From: Massalongia carnosa
Taxonomy: Eukaryota
Length of the DNA stretch: 64,000 nt
Assembly (NCBI GenBank): GCA_965645245.1
Contig: OZ287082.1
Span: 248,001 to 312,000, forward strand
Direction of reading: 5' to 3'
Part shown: positions 27,652 to 40,544 of the stretch, piece after piece
How the letters are laid out: each line of letters begins with the position of its first letter
How positions within the stretch are numbered: position 1 is the first letter of the stretch
The notes under the pieces: generated by a model
Databases searched by the model: none
What the model saw: only the letters and a program-made list of their open reading frames with translations
Told to the model about the DNA's origin: nothing
Translations under genes and position numbers: made by a program

Positions 27652-30600
27652 ATAGAATAGAGCTTGGTCTGCGGACTATTGTGCCTTTTGGTCGGGAGGA
27701 CAGGTGGCGCAATGGTAGAAATCTATTCACTATCTCGCTTCGTCACACTTTGCCAGGTACCTCCCGGGGCTCATGATGGATGCCCATATTGATGGTGGCC
27801 TCATCATCTAACATCCAACACTCCCATTCAGCCATCTTGAGACTATCCGGATATTTTTGCCTCTTTGGGTTTATCCCATGCCAAGCATTGACTAAAAGTC
27901 CTCAAAGGGTTTAGCGGCCAGTGGCTTTGTAAGCCCATCAGCCACCAATCTCTGTGGTAGGGATAAACTTGATGCTTACCCTTTCCCAATTCAACCACCT
28001 CCCTGATCCAATGCCGTTTGATTTCGATGTGCTTGGTTCGACGGTGGAACTCGGGGTTTTCAGCCAATGCAATTGACCCTTGATTGTCCCCTCGAAGTAG
28101 GTCAGGGGTGTCCTTCTTCCGATATCCTAACTCTGCCAGAAATCGCGCGCACCAAATTGCCTCTTTAGCTGCTTCCGTCAGGGCCATATATTCGGCCTCG
28201 CAGGTGGATAGGGCGACGGTAGGTTGCAGCTTGGAATAGTGAGAAATTGGGGCGCCTGCTAACAAAAACGTATAGGCCCCGGTCGATTTTCTCCCATCTT
28301 TCGTTCCAGCATAATCGGAGTCCGAGTACCCTACAGTGTCATCCTCGGTGTCTCTTCTGAACACGAGGCCTTCGTTTAAGGTACTGGAAATATAGCGCAT
28401 AATTCGCTGGAGGTATTTACAATGAAGTGGCCTGGGTTCGAACAATATCGGCTCAGGACTCCCACTGCATAGGCGATGTCGGGGCGTGTATGCATGGCTG
28501 GCCACATCAGCGAGCCCACCACCGACTGTTACCAGGTAATTGTTTCCTTGTCGGCCTGGTCATCCGACGGCATGAGTGTGTTTCCGGCACCGGAGTCCAT
28601 AGGGGTGGAAATGGATTTGCAATCGAGTATGTTAAATCGATGCAGCACCTTCTTCAGATAGGTTGTTTGCCGGAGAGTTATGACTGATTTTTCGGTGTTG
28701 ACGTTCACCTCAATTCCCAAATAGTGGGAAACTTCTCCCAAGTCCGTCATGCGGAATCGAGACTTAAATTCGTGTTGCAGCTGCTGTAATTTTGAAGTAT
28801 CTTTTCCGAAGATGAGGAGGTCGTCAATGTAAATCGCTATGAACATATCGTCCGAAACGAAGACTCCATAGTCGGAATTTTTCGTTTAGACACCATCTTT
28901 TGCAGAAAATCCTGCAAGGTCTGATACCATACACGAGGGGATTGTTTCAGGCCATATAGGGCTTTTCGAAGTAAGCAGACCTTGTCCTCCCCCTTTTCAA
29001 ACAAGGTGGGTTGTATGACATATATAGCTTCATCTAGGAAGCCATATAGGAAAGCAGTCACCACATCCATTTGATGAATGGTTAGGCCTTCCTTTTGTTT
29101 ATAGCCATGAACTACCCATCTTGCTTTATATTTCAGTACTTTTCCCGTCTCTGTCTTTCTTTATTTTGAACACCTAGCGACCTAGCGACCGGTGATCACA
29201 TTTCGATCGAGCGGTGCTGTTTCCAGTGTCCATGTTTCATTTTCCATTAGGGATTGATACTCGGCCTCTATGGCCTTTTTCCATTGTTCCCAGTGGGGTG
29301 AGGACACTGCCTCCTTCAGAGTCAAAGGTTCATCGAGGCCCTCGTTGTCCTCGCCTATTGCCAGGGTAGCCAGCACCCGTATCATGTGTTCGTGGGATTT
29401 TGGGACCTGGTCTGACCTATATAGATTGATGATGGGCCGAATGTTCTCCAGCGCTCTTTGGCTGGGGACCCTTATTCGTCCAGACCTCCGAGGCTCGATG
29501 GGCTGGCGAGGAATGTCCTCCACTTCATCGGAGTCATTCTCGCCCCCATTCTCCTCGGCTTGGCCTCCTCCCGAAGCATCTACTCCCATTGGTTGGAGCA
29601 TTATTCGTGGTGCTGGTGGGGCCATGTCTTGTTGGACTTCCGGACTTCTCGATATTTCAGAGCTCGGAGTTACTGGAGATAACGAACTTGGATGTCCGAC
29701 CTTGTTTTCATCAACGAAGTCGTCTGGATCATCAAATAAACCATCATCGTCCTGCTCCCATGGAATGTCGGCGAGGTCCCAGGCATTTTTGTCCTTGAGA
29801 TCATATGCATTGCCTTCATCGACAGTGATATCGCGACAAACATGGACCTTTCCGGTAAGAGGATCGTAGATTCGAAATTGATTGTTTCCATCGTACCCGA
29901 CAAATATTCCCTGCCAGGAACGGTCATCCAGCTTCTTTCTTTTCTCTTTTGGGATGTGTACCCACGTCCTTTCCCCGACCATTCTCATGTGGCCGAGGAA
30001 GGGTTTCGCATCGTTCATGCGTTCATAAGGAGTGACCTCGTCGACCCCGGGACATCTATTCTTAATGTACCCGGCCGTCTTCAAAACCTCCCCCCAAAGG
30101 GATTTTTCTTAGCTTTCATCATGGACCGGGTGGGGACCATGAGGGTATAATTTTGCCTTTCGGCCTTCCGATTCTGTTCTGGCACATTTGGTGCCCGGGC
30201 CTCCCATTGGATTCCTTCCTTCTTCAGGAATTCCTGGAAATCGCCACTGGTGTACTCCCCTCCTCCATCAGCTCGAAGACTCTTTATTTTCTTTCCCGAT
30301 TGATTTTATATCCATGTTTTGAACTGCTTGAAACATTCGAAGGTTTTCAACAGATAAACTCACACTACCCCGGAATAATCGTCTTTTATCGTAACATAAA
30401 AGCGTTCGCCAAACCTTGTCAGCGGGAATGGTCCCCCAAGATCGCTATGCAGTAGGTCCAGAAATCCTGTTGCTCGGGTCCTTGGGGTGCGATTTATTTT
30501 CCTTTGTTGTCTACCCATCATGCATGGGCCGCATACTCCTTTCGGTATGGGTCCCTCGATGGTGACTCCTTTGGCCAAATGGTTTAATTTTAGGAGTTTG

Positions 30601-31292
30601 GGGTAGCTGAGGTGGCCGAGTCGTTCGTGCCATGTTTGGATAGGGGCCTTTGACGAATTTGTGGTGGCGAGGGCCCGTAGTGGTTGTATGCAAAACATAT
30701 TGGTCGTTTATTGTTTTGGTCAGTCCAACCACCCTTTCTTTGTATATCAGTTGGGCGGGTTTGTCATCCGCCCTTAGGTACGTTGATATGCCCTTCTTGC
30801 CGAGTTGTATTGTGCTGATGAGGTTGAATTTTAGATCGGGGGCGAAAAGGATGTTGGTTAGGATGAGGTCCGTTGCGCTTCCATTTCCATCGTTCACTTA
30901 TAGAAGCAGGGAACCTCTTCCTTCCGTTGATAACACCTCTCCGGAACCTGTTTCCAGGTGGTTGTGTTCGATCCGAAAGGTCCCCTTCTTGAAAAGGGTT
31001 TTATTGTAAACAATGTGCGCGGTGGCACCGGAGTCGATCAATAGGTCGTGGGTGATTTTGGGGCCTCGGTACAGATTTGCCAGGCAAATAAGCGGTGTTT
31101 TCTGGGTCATTGTCCGGAAACATTCCCTTCGTAGACCGCACTTCTTCTCTCCCTTATCTTTTTCTTTGCTATGGCCCTCACATCAACGTCCCTGGATGCA
31201 CGTTTGCAAAGGGCTATAGCGAGTTTATCGTCGTCTCATCGTCTTCCTCCGAGTGAGAGTGAAATCTTTATCTCCTGGGAGGAGGGAAAAAC
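27652..31292 (-). mobile_element. Ty1/Copia element D, 5'-truncated and degenerate; partial 3' LTR at 27652-27820
   Basis: Protease LLIDSGATAHI, integrase WHERLGH..CGPC, RT IYIDDLL, RNase H YSDSDYAG. PPT GAATGGGAG followed by TGTTGG at 27820 on the minus strand. Many frameshifts. Confidence 0.9.
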
Positions 31293-32439
31293 TAGATTTC
31301 GTCGCGGGGGTGTTGATTTGCTGCATGCGGCCGCACATCAATCTATTGATTTTCATAAATCAATAGAAAATTTGCATAGAAGGGAGGGATACGCTCGTGA
31401 ATTCGCCAAATTCACTGCTATTTTCAATAAAAAATGGCAGGATAAGGAGCTGGCGAGGCCACTTATCCCTACAACTTTCCCCGACGAAATCCGACCGAAG
31501 GACAATCTCATGTATAAAAAGAGTGGGAGTCGCCGGCGGGCTTACACTGGCCGTGAGGCAGCTGAGGCAGATGAAGCTACGCAGCGACGTGCTAAACGTA
31601 AGGACTCGATTGAAGAAGGGAGGAGAAGAAGGCATGAGGATGAATTGCGGGCAGGCGGTGAAGACAAGGGTATGATTGATGATAAAAAACCCACGATATC
31701 AGCAAATCGATCGATGTAGCGCGGCTAATATTCGGTATAGATTCCGGAGATGCTATCATCGTATCTGACGACGATGACCTGTAATATATAGCAACTTAGC
31801 CTACCCCCGATCCTCCACTCTCTCTGAATGAGAATGATGATTTTATCCCTCCATCCCCGGCATCTTCTTCCGATTCATTTGAAGATATTGATGAAGTGCT
31901 GGCGAAACATAGCCAAAAGGCTCTTTCCCAAACGGTTCCCTCTCCAAAAGCTCCTTCCCTTTATAGCCTCAGTCAAAAAAACATCCGCGCTAGCCAGCTA
32001 CCATCCACATCGTCTGCAACAACAACACGAGGGTCACGGGGTGTGGTAGCCAAAAAATCGAAGGCTCAGTTGGAGTTGGAGTCTCAGCAGAGGGCCGACC
32101 AAGCGGCCAAACAAGCAAGGGCTTAGGAGAGGAAAAACGCAGCTGCAAGAAAGGTTGCTAAGACTATGAAGCCTAGAAAGGATGATGTTTCGCAATTGAG
32201 TGATGCATTTTCGGAATTGAGATCATCGCAATGAGTGGTAGGAGTAGTAGTAATAGTAGTAGTATGAATAGATGGGGATTTTTCAGAATGCGGGGCTAAG
32301 CTAAATCAGCTAGAGGAAGCTTGCGGAGAGACGGTGGACGTGCACATATTTAGTATGGGGAGGTGGCTTGTAGCTAGTCCTAATTTGCAATGATTTTCGT
32401 TGGGGGGACGGTGGGGGGGGACTGTCCTGAGTCTTCTCG
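31293..32439 (+). mobile_element. MULE family 1, 3' fragment with TIR; inverted relative to the 5097-12544 copy
   Basis: Reverse-complement homology to 10725-11710 and 5097-5248 without the Copia A insertion (empty site ..GATTTTTCAGAATGC..). Ends GTCTTCTCG. Confidence 0.9.
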
Positions 32440-32568
32440 CCCTACAATGACCACCGTTTTGCCTGTTGCCGACATGGAGGGCTTGGTGGGAGAAAGTCCT
32501 TCGTATGGTTTGTAATGAAAGGTCTCGGTAAAGGAGTGGGTCATGTCAAGTGCAGACATATCTCTCAT
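32440..32568 (-). pseudogene. 5' fragment of a short-chain dehydrogenase/reductase cut by the MULE terminus
   Basis: FTETFHYKPYEGLSPTKPSMSATGKTVVIVG matches a common fungal SDR N-terminus. It breaks at the Rossmann glycine motif exactly at the TIR, and the remainder is not in the window. Confidence 0.7.
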
Positions 32569-33000
32569 AACTTTATATTCTCATCAAAAATATATATATA
32601 TATAATTCTCGAATTAAAACAGCTCGATAACGACAATGCTTCTTAGCTGAAATGATTGGTGGGAGTTTGCGTCATAAGGACAGAAAGACGTATATAAAGG
32701 ATGGGAAAAATCCCAGTTGGGGCTGGTCAGGGACGGAATTAGTTAACATTTCTTTCTAGGGAAAATTCAGGTATGAAGTCGTTACTCTAAGATGTTTAAC
32801 GCCTACCTGCTGTCGTATCGGGGTCGATTTTCACGTTTCTGCATGATTCAGTATCTAAGGCACGATACAGTGCTTGATGAGGGACATCTCGTTAGTGTAT
32901 CAGTAGTCAAAGAAGATCTGTTGTTTGTTCGCTTTCTCCATAAGGATTTAAGCTGAATGAGAAGTTGCCCGAAGTTTAAGAATTAAAACCATTGCCAATC

Positions 33001-35377
33001 TCAATCAACATACTCCGACGTGTCCGCATACCCGGCGCTCTCGGGCATTGCACCGGGAGATCCAAGCCTAACCTGCTCTATCAACGACCTGAACAATTTG
33101 ATCCAGTCGGTATCGCCCCCGTGGTGCTTTTCAGCAATCTGAAGCGCACTTAGTTTCTGTTTCGTTACATCTTCAACATTAATGCCACGAAGATCATACG
33201 AATCCACGCTCCGAAGAATCTCATAGTCGCCATTTCTCTGGGCAAGAAAGTGCAGCAATGTCTCCCCGTTGGCCGTTTTGAGTAGATGATTAGCTCCTTG
33301 CTTCAGGAGATGACGAACGACTTGATGATCACCGGACATGGCCGCATGATGAAGAGCACATCCTCCATCTTTGCCCTGGATATCGAGGTCTATATGGCTC
33401 TCGATTAGAAATTCGGCAGTGGCCGTATGAACATTAAACGTCGCGATCATGAGAGGCGTATGACCCAATCTCGTTTTTGCATTTCTATCGGCTCCTCGAT
33501 TGAGAAGTGCCTTGATGATGCTGATATCGACGTCGTAACGACAACAATGATGCAGAGGTGTATATCCGTCTTTCTGTTGGTAGTTAACGTTAAAGCCGGT
33601 CTCGAGAATCTTCCAAATACATTCGGTATTACTAGACATGATCGCCGCAGTCAGTATTGAAGTCCCACGGTTGTTTTTGCTGTTCCTATCAGCCCCGGCT
33701 CCGAGAAGAAGGGACACAGCCTGAACATCGCCACGCCGCGCTGCCCAGTAGAGAGGTGTTTGGCCCTCCACATCTTTTTCATCAATGGCATGATAGGGCA
33801 TGTCGTCGAGCAAAGGCTTTATTTCAAAACGGCTTATACCCAAAACGCTTCTATGGAGAAGACTCAGATTGGACTCCAATGCATAGTTGTCGCTGGACGA
33901 GAACGCCACAAGCAGTTGGAGGTTCTTTGCTGCTTTATTATTGGTCAAGACAGCCTCCCATGCAATGTCGACTGCAGATCTATTTGAATTAGCCAATAGG
34001 AGTATCAATAGTCACTCAGACGCACCTATTTTGGTAGTCTACAAAAAATGGATCAGCCCCCTCATGTAGTAGAATGTTACATATTTCCCCGTGTCCTCGA
34101 GAAGCCGCAACCTAAGAAAGAAGATTAGCGAAGGTGGGCCTCGCCATAGAAGAAGATCATACCCCGAGTAATGATCGTTGGAGTTTAGACATCACATCAA
34201 AAGGAGACCCCAACCTAGCTTTGAGCAGGGCTTTCATTCTGGCGACATCTCCTTCATAAGCATAGCGGAAAATGGGCGACGAATACTCCACACAGTGAAA
34301 GATTCTAATCTTGTGATCGAACCCCCTTATAGTTGTTGTAAGTGCTAAAGTAAATCCCCACGCGAGAAGCCACAGAGGAAAGAAGTAACTCAATGAAAGC
34401 ATAATGTCTGAACTTGCACAGGACTGTGTACAACCCAGGTTGTTGCAACGAGGTACTACAGATGAAACATCAGAATATCCAGCAAATATAGTGCCAAAAA
34501 CTTGGTCAAAAACTCGAGATGACCTCTTTGAATACCTGTGATGGCAGCAGCAGTCACATCTAGGGGCTAGGTTGGAGATATATAAGGTTTTCATTGCCAT
34601 CGTCAAGGCTTCGTTCTTATATTCTAGTGAAGATTCTTCGACTGCCTTTTGTTCATGAATGGAAAATTTTCGAGTCATTGGCTCCAGCAAAGCTTCCAGC
34701 TTTACACAATGCTTCTCATTGGACTGTTCTAATTTTGCTTGGACTTCTTGAAGTTTCGCCATATTGTTGCTTAAAGATTGTGCTAATGTTTCGAGACGCA
34801 TGGAAGTATCCCTTCCAAAATATTATTGTCAGCACATGAGTTATCTCTAACTGATGACGAAAAGTACAGTACTGATGTCATGCGACGAAGTGGAAAAGAA
34901 TCTGGTTGAGTTTCAGAAATCTTACAAGTCGAGAGCTCCGAGCGCTATGTTCAGTCTGGATCTGACATCAAACAGGCCCTGTTTGAGAAATTTCAATTTT
35001 TTCTCCTCTTTCATCCACTTGACCCACTTTCTTGGAGCAAGAATGTCCGAGCAGGACAACAACACACGTAATTGGCTAAGTGAGCGATGTAATTCGATGA
35101 TAAGGGCTTCGGCTTGTGCAAGGCAGCTAACCACGCAGGCGGTCGTATCACGATCTAGAGTAACATGATCGCTGCATGATATAAAACCTTTTGATTGTCT
35201 GTTGAACAAAGTCTGTACGACAAGGACATCAAGTCGCAGGTGGGAGAGCTCTTCGTCGAAGGCTACGGCCAGACGTGGGCCGTTTCTGAACGAGGCAATT
35301 GTTTCTGAGAGTTGGATACATGTTGAGATTAAACTTGCCAAAGTAATGATGCTCGCCGTCAGTGATAACGGATCCAT
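33001..35377 (-). CDS. HeLo-like fungal N-terminal domain + Cys/His linker + ankyrin repeat protein; 4 exons (35377-34926, 34811-34163, 34111-34026, 33979-33001)
   Basis: MDPLSLTASIITL N-terminus, RCDCCCHHR linker, and repeated GQTPLYWAA/GYTPLHHCC/GHTPLMIA/GGCALHHAA/GETLLHFLA ankyrin motifs. Three GT-AG introns (114, 51, 46 bp) keep the frame. Confidence 0.85.
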
Positions 35378-35758
35378 GAGACCGACTGCGCTGTGAAAAG
35401 GAGGTCAAGTTTTACATCGCGGGGATTCAGCTCTATTATATCTCAGATATTCAATTGCAGGTCCAGGTCGTGGGCGTAGCCCAAAAGCCGCGTCCACCTC
35501 GCAAGGCTATGACTTGAAGGCGAGTCGATCTGACAAGGCTATAAATTAAAGACGACTTGATCTAACAAGGCTGCAACACGAAGGTGATTCTGAACATGCT
35601 ATTTAATCTTGTACATGGCTGCCAAGTAGCCTTCCCAGCGTGAGTTGAAGTTTAATCCTCGTGGCCTGACGTAGAAAAAGGTTGGCATAAATCAATTTCT
35701 ATAACTTCTTCATTTACCGAGAGGGCCGCTCTGATGGAAGCAACTGTGAGGTTTGCAA

Positions 35759-36648
35759 TGTTGGAATACTCGCTTAGCCCCATTAGTTCTAGCTCAGCCC
35801 TGCAGGCTGCCATGACTGCTATAAGCAGTCACCTCCGTAGTAATTTCAACATTATGCCGTCAACTGTTTATTTAACAGGTTATGAGTCCCGGGTTTGTGC
35901 TTTGCGCCCCTCCGACGGCATCCTTCATGCATAGACTACGTACTATCATGTCGTATCAAGAAGATGATGAGGTGAAAGTTCAGCCGTGGAAAGCGCGAAA
36001 ATGAAGCGGAAACGACATCGAAAGGGATGAGAAACGAAGCGGAAACGAAGCGGAAACGTCATCGAAAGTGGTGTACGTACGAAACGTGCTGAGGAGGACA
36101 TCTACAATGGGCGGTGCCTCGAAGACTTCACATCTTGCATTACTGGTCAGATCAGCAAGGGGAGATAAAAGCCCTGCGATCAGGCCACCAACGTCAATGG
36201 TCTGCGGGAAAATGTCTAACAGAGACATCGAGAAAAGCCCTGCTCAGGCCATCAACAAAACACGTCCATAGTACTCTTCCCATCCACCCATACACTCACA
36301 AAAGCTACGTCTCGAGAGATGGTTATGGGTTTAATGAGGCTACAAAGCAGGACAACAAAAGACATAAGAAAGAACTACATGCTTAGGGAAAATGGAGTCA
36401 GAGGGAGCTAGATTCGTTCCGCAAGGGGAGCGAATCGGACACAGCTGGATGAATCACTTCGCAAGGGGAGTGATGAAAGCTGGATAGTTCAATTTTGGAG
36501 GCGAAAGGGGAGCCACGCTCGAAGGGGAGTGTTGGAATACTCGCTTAGCCCCATTAGTTCTAGCTCAGCCCTGCAGGCTGCCATGACTGCTATAAGCAGT
36601 CACCTCCGTAGTAATTTCAACATTATGCCGTCAACTGTTTATTTAACA
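35759..36648 (+). mobile_element. TRIM-like non-autonomous LTR element (890 bp)
   Basis: Identical 119-bp LTRs 35759-35877 and 36530-36648, TSD TGCAA, PBS GGTTATGAGTCCC at 35878, PPT GAAGGGGAG at 36521-36529. No recognisable pol domains inside. Confidence 0.93.
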
Positions 36649-36797
36649 TGCAAGATGTGGTACTGACAAGTTACTTTCCTGCCTTGGTGCTTCGTAAGAC
36701 CCGATGACCTCAGCTTCTACGTTGGGGTCGATGCAGGGCGGGCGGTGCTCATTTTGCGTTCTTCTGGACATGCCTTGATATAATATATAGGGGACTA

Positions 36798-38967
36798 GAA
36801 AGATTTCCCGAGGAAATGCCGCGCCCGGCGAAATGCCGCACTTTACAATTCGGCATTAGAATATTGTTTTCGTCGTTAATCAACAACTACAACGATTAAT
36901 GGAATGTGTATTAAATATAGTATAAATAGAAAGTATATACACGATATCCGACCCTAAAAACCTTACATAGCAAAACGCCCTGGGCGCTGAACCCTTCTTC
37001 CAGTCGAGGTAGTTAAAACCACCTCCTCTACCTCTTTAGCGATAATAACACGAGTAGGCGGCTTTACCTTCTTCTTTCGAGTCTTTTGAACTTTAGTAGA
37101 CCCTGTATACTGCTTCTGCTGCCCGAGCTGTCCCTTAGGATATCTGTTTGCTGCTTTACGTAACTCCTTCTGAGCCTGCTTCTCAGCGGCCTTTGCTACC
37201 TTTGCTTCTGCAGTCAATCGCCGCTTCTCTAGAGCGATTGCTACCTTTTCTAGCTTCTCCTCTTCTTTCTGTAACCTTTTAGCAGTAGCTTGTCATCGCT
37301 TCTCGCTAATATCTAGCTGGCGTTGTGCTTCTTCTTCCTCTTTTGCTGCTTGAAATTCCCTGGCAGCCTGTACTCGCCTAGGACTAAAGAATTGAGGGCC
37401 TGAGTCCTCTTCCCCAACTAAATTAAGCCGTTTACCTCTCTTCCTCCTCTTCTTTTCGTCCTGAAGGGTATTGCAGAGCCTTTTGATCACGTGTTTGTTG
37501 ATAGAGTCCTGGGCAGCAAGGCGTTCGTTAGCCCGGAAGATCTTTGCTAGTAATAACTTCGTAGGCACAATATCGTACGCTCGCTGCGTACGGCGAATAG
37601 CACGGCTTGTCATTGGTGTTTTTGGCGACTGAGAAGGAGCCTCGATTATCTGTGGTGTGATAACATTTAGTATAAGGCTCGGATTGTAAGGCCAAATACT
37701 GGTTTTTTCGAAGGCAGAAGTAATTTTTTCCTCCGAAAATGCCTGCTGCCATGCAGGGAAGAAAACGCTCCAAAAGGCTCTTTTTGACATGCTTATCATG
37801 CCTAGACTATCGAACATTAGTCTATTCAGCCCGTTGGTATAGAACGTTGCTAACGGCGCGAATAGAGAAACGTCCAGAGACTGTAAACGATGCGTAGAGT
37901 GCGAAGGTAGAATCAGGAGAAGAATACGTAAGTTATCGCATTTATCGATAAACTTAAGATTCACGTGGCTAGAATGACCGTCTACTATCAGTAAACGTCT
38001 TCTATTTCTAGCCTTTTGCTTCGTATAACGCTGAAAAACCTACTCTAGCCAATTCAGGCCAAGGATATCACAACTCCATCCTTTCGCCGATACTGCAAAG
38101 AACGCCTCGTCATTAGGATTTACATCCTGAACCCATGTATCCTGGAGTATGCCAGAGTCGTCTTTATAGATCAAGGCAGGAGGTAAAGCAGTTCCGTCGG
38201 TCCCGATACAAGCAAGGAGGCTGATAAACTCCCTATTCCCGTCCTGGCTTGCATGTGTGATCCGCCCTGATTCGAGGGCCTCTAGCGACATGATACGTTG
38301 CGTGGCACTTACTTGGCCAATCACAAAGCCCTTTTCGTCCCAATTGTAAAGGTTTTCCCCCGTGATATTGTATTTTTCGACACCGGCGACTAGCTAATAG
38401 AAAAATTAGTTATTTTCGATCATAATTAATATTCAACAAATAGGAATGGATAGTTAACACGCTACCAAATCGTAGAATTGCTTAAATAAAGGCGGATACT
38501 CAGATTTTATACGCTGGCTATCCATATTTCGAAGATAAAGACTTTTAAGCCTATCCTTGTATCGGCGGACAAAATCCCCTGTCCGGTTCTTTCCTACAGG
38601 CCCTCCTATCACCTCCTCCGCTAGGTTTCGTACAATTCTGGCGGTTGGGGGCAGTCCACGATCGACAAGGCGATTGATTTGCTGAATTAAGGCCTCTTCC
38701 TGGGCCAAGGTAAGTCGTTGCTTGTATTTTGACGCGGCTGCCTTTTGGGACACCGTTTGGCCTTCCCAGCGCCTCCGGAGGGTACTTTCGACTAGGCTAA
38801 ACCTTTTAGCTGTACCCCTGAGGTTAGGCTCATCTTGCTGATTCAGATCAGCAATTGCGAGCTCGATACGAGCGTTGAGGGTGGATTTATTCATATTTGA
38901 AAGTAATGGTTGGAAAGTGAGAAGATGCGGCATTTCGTCGGGTGCGGCATTTCCTCGGGAAATCTTC
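36798..38967 (-). mobile_element. Tc1/mariner pogo/Fot1-like DNA transposon with defective transposase (38894-36963)
   Basis: TIRs containing AGATTTCCCGAGGAAATGCCGC, flanked by TA. HTH/CENP-B-like N-terminus, YNWDEKGF, LIVDGHSSH and HRLQSLDV. Stop at 38040 and frameshift near 37293. Confidence 0.88.
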
Positions 38968-38989
38968 TACCCCCCAGCTAGCGCCCTAA

Positions 38990-40298
38990 AACGCCCATTT
39001 ATACCTTGTAAAGAAACAACTGATGCAAAAACACTTGCAAAGTTGTATGTCGAGAACATTTGGAAACTTCATGGCCTACCCGACTCCATTGTATCTGATC
39101 GAGGAGGACAATTCGTAGCTGATTTCTGGAAAGCATTATGCGAACGACTAAAGATTAATAGTCATCTATCCACTTCCTTTCATCCAGAAACAGACGGACA
39201 AACAGAGCGATACAACTCGGTAATGGAACAATATCTTAGAAGCTATGTGTCATATCAACAGGATGACTGGACCGACTGGTTACCTATGGCCGAATTCGCG
39301 AGCAATAATGCTGACTCCGAGACTACATCAGTCAGTCCGTTCCTTGCCATTTATGGATTTCATCCTCGCCTCGGTTTTGAACCCATTCAGCGCGAATCGC
39401 CTAATGCACAGATCCTTAGTGCTGACGAATTCGCCAATAAGATGAAAGATATTAGTGAACACCTTGGAAACGAAATGCGTTTAGCTCAGGCCAGATATGA
39501 AGATTCCGCTAATGCAAATAGACTGCCCGCTCCTATGTTTCAAGTCGGTGATGAAGTATGGTTAGACGCCCGGCACATAAAGACCAAACGACCCTCTCGA
39601 AAGCTAGATTGGAGGAAATTTGGACGATTCACCATAAAGAGAGTGGTCAGCAAGTATTCGTACGAGCTGAACCTTCCCGCTTCCATGAAGATACATCCTG
39701 TGTTCCATGTGTCTCTTTTAGAACCAGTGTCTCAAAACCCACACGCCGATCAAGTGCCCGCTCAATCACCTCCCGTTGAAGTAGAAGGTGAAGACGAATG
39801 GGAAGTCGAAGAAATAATGGACTCGCGTTTCTTTCGAAGACGTCTACAATACCTGGTGAAATGGACCGGGTGGGAATCTCCAGACTGGACAAAAGCCGAG
39901 GACGTTACTCATTGTGATGACTTGTTGAAGGACTATCATCGGCTAAGGCCTAATAAGCCTGGTGGTCCTCGCGGAGCTCGGACCTAGAAGGAGAGCTGGT
40001 GTCACGGAAGTGAAGAAGCACGTGTCACATCGGAACGGGAAGAACTAGCATTCCGAAGGTGCCAGGAACAGCCATGAGGTAATGACATTGCGGAAGTCCA
40101 TGCCGAAAGTATGACGACGTCAACATGGTAGTCAAGAGGCTACGCCCGAAGGTGGACTAGCTTAGTTATCGGGGTTATAGGCGTGTCTTTTCGATCTCCT
40201 GTTTCTTTTCTCCTTGTCGAACGTCTTGTCCATTTAGCCAGACAATCAAGCCTCACGTTTGCACCACCTGAATCACTATACGCCCTCGCACCGTGACA
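38990..40298 (+). mobile_element. 3' fragment of a chromoviral Ty3/Gypsy element: integrase + chromodomain, PPT, 3' LTR 40000-40298
   Basis: IVSDRGGQF, HPETDGQTER, IHPVFHVSLLEP, EWEVEEIMDSR..QYLVKWTG. LTR TGTCACGG...CCGTGACA preceded by AGAAGGAGAG. Confidence 0.92.
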
Positions 40299-40544
40299 TA
40301 TAAGAATTGAAATATTCAAATCGATACGAAAAGAAATTTTATCTATAATAATCACGTCCGACAAAAACGAACAAGTATTGAGATTTCACGTCGAAGTTAC
40401 ACAAAATAACTTTGATTTTTAATTAGAATACAAAAACTCTGACGATTGTCGCGATGCGAGGTTAGTTAAGAAGTCAGGTGATGTAAACGTATTACTTAAT
40501 TTTTTAACTAGATGAACAAGACGTTCGACAAGGAGAAAAGAAAC

